Part shown: positions 40,701 through 49,401 of the stretch, in pieces
Position numbering within the stretch: position 1 is the stretch's first letter
Layout of the letters: every line of letters starts with the position of its first letter
Source of the DNA: a bacterium
GTDB lineage: Archaea > Thermoplasmatota > Thermoplasmata > Lutacidiplasmatales > UBA184
Length of the DNA: 64,000 nt
Assembly: GCA_027309555.1 (NCBI GenBank)
Contig: DAIDCO010000003.1
Location: 6,737 to 70,736, forward strand
Direction: 5' to 3'
Program-made: the position numbers and the translations under genes
The notes under the pieces: generated by a model
Database searches by the model: none
Seen by the model: only the letters and a program-made list of their open reading frames with translations
Told to the model about the DNA's origin: nothing

Positions 40701-40810
40701 TCGCGGCGGTCCTTGCGCTGGGGCTGTATCTCCGGAAGTTCCGAAAGTGGAAGGAGAAGCCCCCCGCATCCGCCCCGGGCCCGCCGGGGCCTTATAGAAT
40801 AATCTATTAG
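37799..40810 (+). CDS. large cell-surface protein with YVTN beta-propeller repeats, duplicated Cys-containing Ig-like domain and C-terminal TM anchor
   Basis: 1003 aa. Signal peptide-like segment; more than 10 YVTN repeats; dozens of N-x-S/T sequons; two copies of PSCRGG[PA]CP[VA]GTTY.W.L; C-terminal LALAAVLALGLYLRKFRKWKEK. Confidence 0.75.
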   Translation: MPSLRGLGHRGFSGADSVAPFGSGAKGGSRPLRRWGRTAGLRREARTWAPGAILGFLLLLATLSPMGGAAPLPHAGGSHSERPGPGMPWRLPTPPSPRAPVTVGPSPLGPGTVVGTLVLANDSYFPGNFPANNPAAITSPVYDPATARVYIADTDTDNITVLDPSTGAFVANYPTGTTNFSATSPTGMALDSSNGDLYIANSGNSSVLVWDPRTLAPVATIPVANGTNTLAYDPRDGDLFVTAPAGVTVVSVINATTNRVVATVPVGVSPQAIAVDTHTGSVFVGNYGSSNVSVLNATSFAVNRTIPLAASDAPSAACFDPVTNEILVTSGALGIVTVLNASIGAVVANITVAPALAHANLDAIAFDSTNHAVYTADAVGRVVNVLNVSARTVRTNISVGGEPSGVAFDPVQNTLYSTNLLTENVSVIDPVTNRVVASPRLSTSPWGVAFDPTNRDLFVSNSTSYGEEGLGTVMSVNTSTPRVGTISGFGFAPSAPPLGYGTYDETYDPANGRLYVLLSVYDGANATTYEALGVVDGRTGTRISVLPLEYGLSCLAFDTANQVVYVGAGSPSGGYLLGFNSTDALVSQLPLNASPQGVAFDPANGDLYLTASVGAVGELIAVDPITNKTVAMYSPDPTFTATRTVVYDSVTAEIFAGNDLNGLAVLNATTGRWVGNVTGVGFTGPAVFDQANGLIYTTEAGTNDVAAINGSALTTVATIPVGIEPEGIAMNGSGETLYVANLLSGSISTISLGASPPPTLSTVTVTPGTASILPHGNATFTATPSCRGGPCPVGTTYAWTLNNSLGTLSSTNGSTTSFTAGTSGGTAMLHVTAALNGASAYGSAAITVGPVTPGLVSVTISPASVTVVGPNGTVNLTASPSCRGGACPAGTTYLWSLGGALGTLNASSGSRVRFIAAGTTGSTTVTVTASLHGANASASATITVSERSPPPTSGGAFPTGYLEIGLALAAVLALGLYLRKFRKWKEKPPASAPGPPGPYRIIY

Positions 40811-40834
40811 AACCCATGCTCCCTTACCTCTCTC

Positions 40835-42169
40835 ATGGGACCGAACCGTACCCCCCGCCTCGTACCCTTCCTCGCCGAGTCCGACGACCGACGCCGCTGG
40901 CACCGGAACGTAGCCCAAGGAAGCCGCGCCACGGCCGACGTCTACGTCCGACGCCTCGCCGCCTTCTCTCGCCTCATGAAAGTCACACCAGAGGCTTTGG
41001 CGCGCATGAGCGACAAACCGCTCCGCGACCTCGTCATGGACTTCGTCGAAATCGAGTCGAAGGCCAAGCACGCCGGTTCCTACATCCACAGCACCGTCAA
41101 GGCCGTCAACTCGTGGCGCAAGCACAACGGCCGCCTCGCCGTGACCGGCGTGAACATCCGGGGTCGGGAATCCACTCCCACGCTGGTCGACGAGATCGCT
41201 CCGTCGCCCGGGCAGGTACGGACCGTTCTCGCCCGGGCTCCCCTGAGGGACCGGGTGACCTGCGCCCTCATGGCCTACAGCGGCGTCCGTCCCGAGGTCG
41301 TCGGCAACTACCTCGGCGACGACGGTTTCACCCTCGGGGATTTCCCCGAACTCGACCTCTCGGGCAGCGAGCCCAAGTTCCGGAAGGTTCCCGCTCTGGT
41401 GGTCGTCCGCGAGTCGCTCTCCAAGGCCCGGCACACCTACCTCACCTTCGCCCCGCTCCCAACGTGCAAGGCGATCGAGGACTACCTCAAGCTCCGGATC
41501 GCTCAAGGGGAGAAGCTGACGCGGGCGAGCGACCTCGTGAGTCCGGGACGGGGGCGGAGACCTTTCCTGCGGACGATGAACGTCAGCGGGGCGGTGCGGG
41601 CCGCGTTCCGGTCGCTCGACATGAAGGACCGGCCGTACGTTCTGCGGGTATTCTTCGAGACCCGCCTCGGCGTCGCCGAGGGCCAGGGGAAGGTCGTGCA
41701 TCGGTTCGTGGTTCACTGGGGCGGCCACACCGGCGACATCACCGCGCGCTACTCGCTCAACAAGAACCGCCTGCCGGGGGACCTCGTCGAGGAGATGCGG
41801 GAGGCATACCGACGGTGCGAGCCGATCCTCACGGGGGAAGTCGCCTCGGAGGGTGACGTGCGCCGCGAGGTCGCGCGGGTGCTCTTGGGATCCCTTGGGT
41901 ACTCCGAGAAGGAGCTGGAAGGGGTCGACCTGTCGAACCTCGAGCAGGTCCGGGCGCTCACCCAGAAGCGTGTCGCCCCGACCCCCAAGAAGCAGGCCCT
42001 CGTCCGCGTCGACGAGTTGCCCGGGTATCTGGACGCGGGTTGGACCTTCGCGGGAAACGTCGGTCAAGACCGGATCCTCCTCAACCCACCCGAAGCAGGA
42101 GCAGGACCCACGAGTCCGCCTTCGCCGCCAGTATCGCACGGGGGAGACGGTCCGGTTCCCCCTCGATGA
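40835..42169 (+). CDS. tyrosine-type site-specific integrase/recombinase
   Basis: 444 aa. Box I-like YSGVRPEVV (Arg), box II-like HRFVVHWGGHTGDITARYS (His-x-x-Arg ... His ... Tyr). Confidence 0.6.
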   Translation: MGPNRTPRLVPFLAESDDRRRWHRNVAQGSRATADVYVRRLAAFSRLMKVTPEALARMSDKPLRDLVMDFVEIESKAKHAGSYIHSTVKAVNSWRKHNGRLAVTGVNIRGRESTPTLVDEIAPSPGQVRTVLARAPLRDRVTCALMAYSGVRPEVVGNYLGDDGFTLGDFPELDLSGSEPKFRKVPALVVVRESLSKARHTYLTFAPLPTCKAIEDYLKLRIAQGEKLTRASDLVSPGRGRRPFLRTMNVSGAVRAAFRSLDMKDRPYVLRVFFETRLGVAEGQGKVVHRFVVHWGGHTGDITARYSLNKNRLPGDLVEEMREAYRRCEPILTGEVASEGDVRREVARVLLGSLGYSEKELEGVDLSNLEQVRALTQKRVAPTPKKQALVRVDELPGYLDAGWTFAGNVGQDRILLNPPEAGAGPTSPPSPPVSHGGDGPVPPR

Positions 42170-42385
42170 GTAGGCGGACCGGGTCTCCGGACGGGAGGTG
42201 CCGCGCCACTCCCTTCAAGGGACGCAGATCCACGAGGTCGTCGAGGGACTCTCTGGCGACAGCATCCCGTTCGTCCGGCGCCGCGCTCAGGGCCTCGGTA
42301 TCGGGGTTGCATTCCGCGTGGACCCCCGCCAAGACACCGGGTTGCCGAATCGAAAGAGGACTGGTAGGAGATCGAATGGCAGCGC

Positions 42386-43213
42386 TCACTCCTTCCCCTC
42401 CGTCGGAGCTTCCTGCTCTCCGAAGACCCCAGCGAGCTGGAGCGGGAACGCGGCCCGGAGCGCTCGCTCCTCCGCCGCCTTCCGGAGCATCGTGATAGGC
42501 ATCTCGACCCACGGCCTCGTGGGTTGGCCGTCCTTGCGCTTCCGGACCGCTTCCTCGAACCAGACCTCCTCCACCAGCGGACGGCTCCAGTCTTTCCGGT
42601 GGACCCGACAGACGGCCTTGACGGGCTTCTCCGGACCGTCGGGCCCCTTCGCGAGCTCTACGCCAATCTCCCGTCCGTCGTACTGGCCGCTCCGCTCGGC
42701 GACGGCCCGCATCCCGTCGATGCCGACAAACGGATGGATCTTGTCCGCGGGATCAAACCGTAGGAACTTCACCTGGCCGAGCCAAACGTCGAGCCCGATC
42801 CGTCGGGCTACCTCGAGCCCGAACGCGATCTCGTCCGCGGTGGAATCCGGGGGGAACCGGCCGGCCGAGCGGAGGACCGCGACCTGCTCCGCGGTAAGTC
42901 CACCGCAGGGTCGTACGCGTAGGTCGGAGGCGGAGCGGAGTGGCGGGCTCCCGGAATCGGGAGAAGAGACCGGATTCGGCTCCGAGGGGGGTACCGGGGG
43001 CAGTCCTGCTTCTTCACGCGCCCTCTCGAAGCAGACGGGCTCGACTCTTCTCCCACGAGATCCGTCACCGTCACCCAGGACGTAGACCGCGCCCGTCGAC
43101 GACCGGGGGACCCTGCGGCCGCAAGCCGCACACTCATACGATCGGTGCCCGCGGTAAACCGAGTAGGAGAGTCCCTCCTCCGAATCGCCCGAGGGCAAGT
43201 CTCTACCGCTCAT
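42386..43213 (-). CDS. RecT/Redbeta-like single-strand annealing protein with N-terminal zinc finger
   Basis: GIDGMRAVAERSGQYDG resembles the RecT core motif (GIDGYRxxAxRxGxYxG). N-terminal YECAACGRR. Start ATG at 43213 (alternative 43309). Confidence 0.45.
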   Translation of the reverse strand: MSGRDLPSGDSEEGLSYSVYRGHRSYECAACGRRVPRSSTGAVYVLGDGDGSRGRRVEPVCFERAREEAGLPPVPPSEPNPVSSPDSGSPPLRSASDLRVRPCGGLTAEQVAVLRSAGRFPPDSTADEIAFGLEVARRIGLDVWLGQVKFLRFDPADKIHPFVGIDGMRAVAERSGQYDGREIGVELAKGPDGPEKPVKAVCRVHRKDWSRPLVEEVWFEEAVRKRKDGQPTRPWVEMPITMLRKAAEERALRAAFPLQLAGVFGEQEAPTEGKE

Positions 43214-43449
43214 GTCGGGTCCCTCCGGCAGGCTCCGAAACGGATTCCCTCGGCGTGACGGACTCGGAAGCACTCCCCCGACTCCGTCGGTTCGTGGCAG
43301 ATCACGCACGAGATCGTCGAGGTCAGGAGCAACTCATGGGCCGACTCAGGATGACCGCAGGCCGGACAGGGGTCGACCTCGCCGTAGGATGGTGCCTCCG
43401 ACCATGGAGGTAGATCGACGGCCAGGGACTCGGCCAGCTCCGCGGTCAT
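43210..43449 (-). CDS. small zinc-ribbon protein
   Basis: 79 aa, CPACG...CVICHEPTESGEC. Coupled by ATGA overlap to the flanking genes. Confidence 0.35.
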   Translation of the reverse strand: MTAELAESLAVDLPPWSEAPSYGEVDPCPACGHPESAHELLLTSTISCVICHEPTESGECFRVRHAEGIRFGACRRDPT

Positions 43450-43748
43450 CACAGTGCCCTCTCCGGCGACTTCGCGCGCGAGATGTCGAATGTCCGCCGC
43501 TCCTCGAGGATCCGCCGGACCAGCCGGTCGAACGACTCGTAGCCGACGAGATTCCCTTCGGAGTCTACCAAGGGGCGACGGAGCGAAGCGAGGAGGCTCC
43601 ACGTCTCTGGACGGAGGCGGACAATGCCCCTCGGCGATATTGGCCGGATCCTGCCAACTGAACTTGGGCCGGCCCGTGGCGCTGCTTCCCCGAACCCCTT
43701 CGTCCGCATCAATTCGCACCTTTCGTTACGAATGGTACGAATACGCAC
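43449..43748 (-). CDS. ribbon-helix-helix (CopG/Arc-like) small regulator
   Basis: GIVRLRPETWSLLASL...FDRLVRRILEE beta-strand-helix pattern. Start may be the internal ATG near 43709. Confidence 0.35.
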   Translation of the reverse strand: MRIRTIRNERCELMRTKGFGEAAPRAGPSSVGRIRPISPRGIVRLRPETWSLLASLRRPLVDSEGNLVGYESFDRLVRRILEERRTFDISRAKSPERAL

Positions 43749-43757
43749 AATCTATAA

Positions 43758-43991
43758 GTGCCTTCCCCTCTTTATGTAACGTCCGTGACGACGACCGCCC
43801 TGCCCAAGCCCAAGAAGAAGATCCTCCCGAAGGTGTCCGTCGCGGGACGAATCGAACGAGGCTACTACGAGGACCTCGTGCGGATCATCGACGGCGACGA
43901 CCACTTCAACCGGATCGGAGACTTCGTCCGAGAGGCGGTCTTGGAGAAGATCGATCGGTGGAAGAAGGAACATCCCCGTGGTCTGTCGTGA
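43758..43991 (+). CDS. ribbon-helix-helix (CopG family) DNA-binding protein
   Basis: KKILPKVSVAGRIERGYYEDLVRII...FVREAVLEKIDRWKK. Divergent from the minus-strand RHH. A TATA-like TCTATAAG lies about 20-40 nt upstream. Confidence 0.45.
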   Translation: MPSPLYVTSVTTTALPKPKKKILPKVSVAGRIERGYYEDLVRIIDGDDHFNRIGDFVREAVLEKIDRWKKEHPRGLS

Positions 43992-44458
43992 GCCTTTTCC
44001 TAACGAACCCTAACAGGGGCCGCCCCTTCGGGGAAGAAGAACCGAGATATCGGGGATCTCGACCCCAGAAGGTAGAACCAATTTCAACGGGCTTGGAGTA
44101 TCCGAGGCGGCCCCATCTATCGCTTCGGTTCCGCCATCCCACAGGACGGCCCTTGCCACCGCGGCCGATAGCCCCGTCCTCCCGTGGTATCGCAGCTCGA
44201 GAACTTCGAGCTTCCCAGCGAGCGGCCCAACCACGCTCGCTTGCGCGGTTGCCCAAAGGTGTACGTTGCGGCGAAGGGCAGCCTAGCGGCAGAGGATGAT
44301 ACTGATCCCGGAAAAACCCAAATGAGCAAAGCTCGGTACTTCACACAGGACTCGCTCTCAGTATTCGGGCGAGCCTCTCGGGTGGCAGGGTGCGGCGACT
44401 GCGTCAATCGAACCGCACCATTAACCACTGAGGCGTAGCTCCGTAATGCGACAGCGCG

Positions 44459-45565
44459 ATGCCTAACACTGACGAGACTGTGTGGGAGATGGAACCGCAC
44501 ACGGGTTCCAAGCACGACATTCTCCGTCACTATCTGAATCGCTGGCTTCCGATCCTCGGAAAGCGGAGCACGACGATGAACTACATTGACGCATTCGCGG
44601 GCCCCGGAATTTACAAGGGGGGCGAGCCCGGGAGCCCGGTAGTCGCGATTGAAACCGCCCGAACCCACGTCATGCGACCAAAGGGAAAGGTGAATTTCCT
44701 CTTCATTGAGAAGGACGGCGAACGAGCTCGGGTCCTCAAGGAGCAACTCGCCAGTCGTTTCCCGGCGGGGACCCTACCCGACGGTTGGAGCTACGCAGTC
44801 GAAAACGGAGAGTTCGTGACCGTAGTGGAGAAAGGTCTCAACGAAATCGAGGCCCAAGGAAACCACCTTGCTCCGACGTTGGCGTTTCTCGACCCGTTCG
44901 GATTCTCGGGACACGACCTCCCCATGTCAACGGTCGGAAGGATTCTCAAAGCCCCCCGGTGCGAGGTGTTTGTTACCTTCATGGCAGGGTTCGCCACCCG
45001 GTTTCCGGAGGTCGTCCCGCCTGACACTATGACGAAGCTGTTCGGCGACGAGAGGTGGCGCGGTGTCGTCGACCTCAAAGGCGAGGCCCGTACCGACTTC
45101 CTCCTTGCGACATACGAGGGGTCGCTCAAGACAATCGCTGGAGCCAAGTTCACACGTAGCTTCGAAATGAAATCCTCTGACGGTCGCGTGATCTACGACC
45201 TCGTCTTCGCGACGAAGCACCCCAAGGGACTCGAGGCAATGAAAGAGGCCATGTGGGAGATTGACCCGCGAGGCACCTACACCTTCTCGGACCGCACCGA
45301 TCCAAACCAACGATTCCTCATCGAGTTCGACGGCGGTGTGGAGCCGCACTGGGTGGCGAAGGCCGCGCAGATGCTCCTCGTCCGGTTTTCTGGCAAGACC
45401 ATCTCGAGGAGAGCCCTTTGGGAGTATGTCGTAGTCGACACTCCGTTTCCCGACCGCTCCTCAGTCCTCAAGCGGCTGGAACTCGATGGCAAGCTAACGG
45501 TCTCGGGGCGACAGAGAAAACTCAGCTACCCCGACGGGTGTACGCTATGCTTCCAGCCCTCTTGA
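44459..45565 (+). CDS. tcmP: three-Cys-motif partner protein TcmP
   Basis: N-terminal W.MEPHTGSKHDILRHYL..W signature, about 368 aa. Convergently paired with a Gp37/Gp68 (DUF5131) gene, as the family definition states. Confidence 0.65.
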   Translation: MPNTDETVWEMEPHTGSKHDILRHYLNRWLPILGKRSTTMNYIDAFAGPGIYKGGEPGSPVVAIETARTHVMRPKGKVNFLFIEKDGERARVLKEQLASRFPAGTLPDGWSYAVENGEFVTVVEKGLNEIEAQGNHLAPTLAFLDPFGFSGHDLPMSTVGRILKAPRCEVFVTFMAGFATRFPEVVPPDTMTKLFGDERWRGVVDLKGEARTDFLLATYEGSLKTIAGAKFTRSFEMKSSDGRVIYDLVFATKHPKGLEAMKEAMWEIDPRGTYTFSDRTDPNQRFLIEFDGGVEPHWVAKAAQMLLVRFSGKTISRRALWEYVVVDTPFPDRSSVLKRLELDGKLTVSGRQRKLSYPDGCTLCFQPS

Positions 45566-46273
45566 CTGGCTCGGAAACTCGTTCCAAGTGCGACCGTCCA
45601 GAATACGCCCTGTTCTTGCCTTTTGGACGCCTCCCCATTGCTTGAAGAAGAAGGGGACTGCCTCGCGGCGGCATCGGTTCCTCAGCGTCCTGACCCACTC
45701 CTTCCTCATGGGTCGCGCGTGAGGTCCGCTTTCTCCTCCGACAATAACCCACTGGATCCCGGAGAGGTCCAGTTCATCGAGGGGACCGAGGAGCGGTTCG
45801 AGCGAAAGGAACCGGACGTCAGCGGGGACCTTGCGGAGTTCGTCCGCCCGCCACCCGACGTCCATGTTCTCGATGCTGACTCCCTGCCAGATGTTGGGTT
45901 GCCACGGGAGTGAGGGTCCTACCTCCGCCAACCGCCTCGCGCGTTTCGTCAGAATCTGGAAGACATGCTGGCGGGCGACGACCATTGTCGCGAAGACACG
46001 CCGAATGAAGGTGACCGGCACACGTTCATGGTAGAGGTCGCTCATCGAGTTGACGAAAATTCTCCGGGGCTCTGTCCACGATAGAGGCAACTCGAGGCGG
46101 TCTTCCCAAAGACGGAGGTCGAAGCCCTGCTCAAACGGGTGGCCGGGCACCCCTCGGAAACGCTCCGCGAACCGTTGCGCATAACAGTGTTTACAACCCT
46201 GGCTGACCTTCGTACAACCCGTGACCGGGTTCCACGTCGAGTCCGTCCACTCTATCGAGGAGGACTCGCTCAT
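45545..46273 (-). CDS. phage Gp37/Gp68 family protein (DUF5131, three-Cys motif)
   Basis: WNPVTGCTKVSQGCKHCYA three-Cys signature at the N-terminus. 242 aa. Confidence 0.75.
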   Translation of the reverse strand: MSESSSIEWTDSTWNPVTGCTKVSQGCKHCYAQRFAERFRGVPGHPFEQGFDLRLWEDRLELPLSWTEPRRIFVNSMSDLYHERVPVTFIRRVFATMVVARQHVFQILTKRARRLAEVGPSLPWQPNIWQGVSIENMDVGWRADELRKVPADVRFLSLEPLLGPLDELDLSGIQWVIVGGESGPHARPMRKEWVRTLRNRCRREAVPFFFKQWGGVQKARTGRILDGRTWNEFPSQSRGLEA

Positions 46274-46396
46274 CCCTCACGACTTGAACGGCACCCTCCT
46301 TTAGGGTTCCGTCCGTACGGTCCCCCGCGAGCCGAGTCGGATCCTGCGGCCCTCCGTGGAAAACTCGATTACCCATGACCCCTACTCCCCCGTGAC

Positions 46397-49294
46397 TTGC
46401 CAGTAAGCGAGGATACGATCAACGACCTCGTCGCGGACTACCTCCGCGGCGAGTTTGACGTGGACATTACAACCCAGCCGACCGGACAGATTCCCGCAGG
46501 CCGGCGGAAGCCCGACTTCGAACTCCACTGGGACGGGAAGACGTACTTCGGCGAGGGCGAGTGGCTCTCGTCGTACGGTCGGGGCTTACAGCAGGCCTTG
46601 GATTTCGGCGAAATCCCCGGGGCCAGTGGCTGGTTCCTGCTCGGGTATCCAGACGAAATCAAGCGCGAGGTGACACAGCGACGCCTTGGGTCGGCCGACC
46701 CGGCAACCCTACTCAGGGGGCTGACATTCCGCCAGTGTCTCCTCAAGGGCCCGGGAACGCCCGCCGACCTTCGTCAGGTTCGCGTAGAAGACCTTCATGC
46801 GTGGATTGGTTCCGTCCTCGCCGCTCGTCCACCTGCCCCCGAGCCCGCCGAGTTCATCCGGCTGATGCACTATGTCGTCGGGAACCTCGCCACGTTCCTT
46901 CCGAAGACGAAGGGAGCGGCACGACTGTTCGAGCATGTCGTGGCTATGATTCCGAGCAAGAAGGACGAGGAGGATGCCGCTCGGACCGGGGCGGCATACC
47001 TCCTTCTGAACCAGCTTGTCTTCTATCGTCTATTGGCCGGGCACACCGAACTGGGGTGGCCTCAGATGGAGGCTCGTTCGGTCAGGTCTCCACTCGACGT
47101 GAAGGTGTACTTTGACCGCGTGATGCAACAGGACTATCACGCGATCTTCAAGACGAACGTAATCGACCTGTTCCCTCAGCGCGCGTTCCCGTTCATCCAA
47201 AGCCTCATCAAGCTCGTCTCGGAGCTTCAACCCGAGGCGTTCACACGGACCCTCCTCGGGACGATTTTTCATCAACTGATCCCCGAGCCGGTTCGAAAGC
47301 CGGTCGCTGCCTTCTACACTCAACCACCAGCGGCCCGCCTTCTAGTCGGACTTGCGGGTGTTCATGGGTCCGATCGAGTTTCGGATTTCGCCTGCGGTTC
47401 GGGAACTCTCCTCGTGGCTGCCTACGAGGCGAAGAGCGAGACGGACTCCCGACCGAACTCTCAGTCGCGTCACGCGACGTACCTTGAGCAGGAGTTGACG
47501 GGAATCGACATCATGCCGTTCGCCGCGCACTTGGCCGTCGTCCAACTGGCCCTGATGAATCCCACTCAGTGGACGAACCGGGTCCAGGTCGCGGTCGACA
47601 ACAGCCTCGAAAAGCGGGTTGGCGACGTCGTTCGTTCCCTCGAGCGTCACGCGGTCTCCCCGCAGACTCGACTCTCTCACTTCGCTGAGGAACCGGAGGA
47701 GCGGGCTCGTACGGTCCGCGGGGCCGTTTCTACGAATGGGGCGGGGGCTCAGTTCAAGCTTGTCCCGCCTCAGGTCGTACTGATGAATCCACCGTTCTCA
47801 CGGAAGCAGTTCATCTCGAAGGAGTACCGGAAGGAACTGGCGACGAGCTTCACGGACGAGGCAAAGTTCCACCGAAACGACATGGGCTACTGGGGGTACT
47901 TCGTCCTCCTCGCCGACCGGTTCCTTCCTGACGGAGGAAAGCTCGCACTCGTCATCTCGGCAGCCCTGCTCCGGGAGGGGAGTTCCGCAAGCATCCGGGA
48001 GATGCTCCGAAGCAAGTATCGCCTAGACTTCATCGTAATGAGTGCGTCTCGGACCGCGTTCAGCGAGGACGCCTCGTTCCCCGATTTCTTGCTCGTAGCG
48101 ACGAAGACGGCCGACCGGTCCAAGCCGTGTCGAGTCGCGATGCTTCACGCTCCCCTTGAACTGGAGGGGGTCGATTGGATACGGACCCGAATCGAGAGCG
48201 GAGAGGGGGCTCCCGAAGTCGCTGTGGCTACGCTTGCTCAGGACCGATTCGCCGCTGACGATTGGCTCCCGCTGGTCCCCGGTGCGGTTCCGGACGAATC
48301 TAGTATCCTTCTCCCCAAGACGGCGCCAGTTTGCAAGTTGGGTGCCGTGTCCGGCCTCGGTCTGATTCAGGGAATCCGGATGGAATCGGGGAGCGAGTTC
48401 GCGAACCCAGCGGACATGCTCGTCTCTTCCGAGCGAAGTTACGAGTCGCGAGCCGCCTGGAAGACAACGAAGGAGGACGCCCGGGTTGTCGTCGCATACA
48501 ACCCAGAGGGGGCGCGGGAGGTCACGATTCCACGGCACGCCCTTCTCCCGGCGCTGAGAACGATCTCAGGAAGCCGACGACTCGAAGTCAAAGGACGACC
48601 TCCTGACTATGTTGTCGCGGAGAGGTTCCCCCACGACACCGAGTTCTGGGTGACGAAGAATCCCGAGGGAATGCTCGTCCGTCGTCGTAAGCACTTGCGG
48701 AGTCGCGTGGGGAACATCGTCTTCGGCGGCTATGGCAATCTCAATCTCTCTGCCGAGGGAACTTCGCTTCTCGCAGTGGCCTCGAAGTCGGGAATCGCCC
48801 CGACTTGGAACTGTTGGAGTGTGAAGACTCCCGATTGGGACACAACCCGAATTCTCACGCTGTGGTGGAATTCAACGTTCAACCTACTCTACCTCCTTCA
48901 CCACCGGATGGAGGTCGAGGGTGCCACTATGAAGTGGCGCAAACCGAGTCTCGAGGCAGCCCCTGTCCTCGACATTCGGCAGTTGGACGCAGGGACGAAG
49001 GCGAGGCTTCTCGCCCTGTTTGACCGACTCACCGTAGTCGACTTCCCCTCCATCGCCGAGCAGTACGCCAAGGCGCCCCCCCAAAGGACGGAACTCGACT
49101 CCGAAGTGGGTCGGGCTCTCGGGATTGCCAAGGAGGAACTCCCGAGCCGGTTGAATGACCTCTACCGACTCGTCAGCGACGAATTGACTACTCTGAGGTC
49201 TCGGATGAAGGCCACCTCGCTCGCCAAGAGTCACGGACACGTTCGACGCCCCTCGAGCATCGAGGAGCATGTCGACGGCGGGCCAGTGGACTAA
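46397..49294 (+). CDS. type IIG restriction-modification enzyme (MmeI-like; N6-adenine methyltransferase fused to an N-terminal region)
   Basis: 965 aa. Gamma-class MTase motif I DFACGSGTLL followed by motif IV LMNPPF. About 300-aa N-terminal region before the MTase core and about 350-aa C-terminal TRD-like region. Confidence 0.7.
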   Translation: MPVSEDTINDLVADYLRGEFDVDITTQPTGQIPAGRRKPDFELHWDGKTYFGEGEWLSSYGRGLQQALDFGEIPGASGWFLLGYPDEIKREVTQRRLGSADPATLLRGLTFRQCLLKGPGTPADLRQVRVEDLHAWIGSVLAARPPAPEPAEFIRLMHYVVGNLATFLPKTKGAARLFEHVVAMIPSKKDEEDAARTGAAYLLLNQLVFYRLLAGHTELGWPQMEARSVRSPLDVKVYFDRVMQQDYHAIFKTNVIDLFPQRAFPFIQSLIKLVSELQPEAFTRTLLGTIFHQLIPEPVRKPVAAFYTQPPAARLLVGLAGVHGSDRVSDFACGSGTLLVAAYEAKSETDSRPNSQSRHATYLEQELTGIDIMPFAAHLAVVQLALMNPTQWTNRVQVAVDNSLEKRVGDVVRSLERHAVSPQTRLSHFAEEPEERARTVRGAVSTNGAGAQFKLVPPQVVLMNPPFSRKQFISKEYRKELATSFTDEAKFHRNDMGYWGYFVLLADRFLPDGGKLALVISAALLREGSSASIREMLRSKYRLDFIVMSASRTAFSEDASFPDFLLVATKTADRSKPCRVAMLHAPLELEGVDWIRTRIESGEGAPEVAVATLAQDRFAADDWLPLVPGAVPDESSILLPKTAPVCKLGAVSGLGLIQGIRMESGSEFANPADMLVSSERSYESRAAWKTTKEDARVVVAYNPEGAREVTIPRHALLPALRTISGSRRLEVKGRPPDYVVAERFPHDTEFWVTKNPEGMLVRRRKHLRSRVGNIVFGGYGNLNLSAEGTSLLAVASKSGIAPTWNCWSVKTPDWDTTRILTLWWNSTFNLLYLLHHRMEVEGATMKWRKPSLEAAPVLDIRQLDAGTKARLLALFDRLTVVDFPSIAEQYAKAPPQRTELDSEVGRALGIAKEELPSRLNDLYRLVSDELTTLRSRMKATSLAKSHGHVRRPSSIEEHVDGGPVD

Positions 49295-49401
49295 CCGCCT
49301 GTGAGAGTCAACGCCGTCTGTCGACCACTCAACGGATGATACGACGTGCAGAGCCCACGCCTCCGCCTCATTAATGGGACGCTTCCGGCTCAGGGGAGTA
49401 C

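Noticed and set aside
37808-42139. 1443-aa minus-strand ORF
   Set aside because: Antisense to the YVTN surface protein and integrase genes. The translation is an Arg/Gly/Asp-rich shadow frame with no domain signatures.
40835-42169. SSV-type split integrase (intN/intC) interpretation
   Set aside because: The integrase frame is intact and full length, so a fuselloviral-type integration that partitions the int gene does not apply here.
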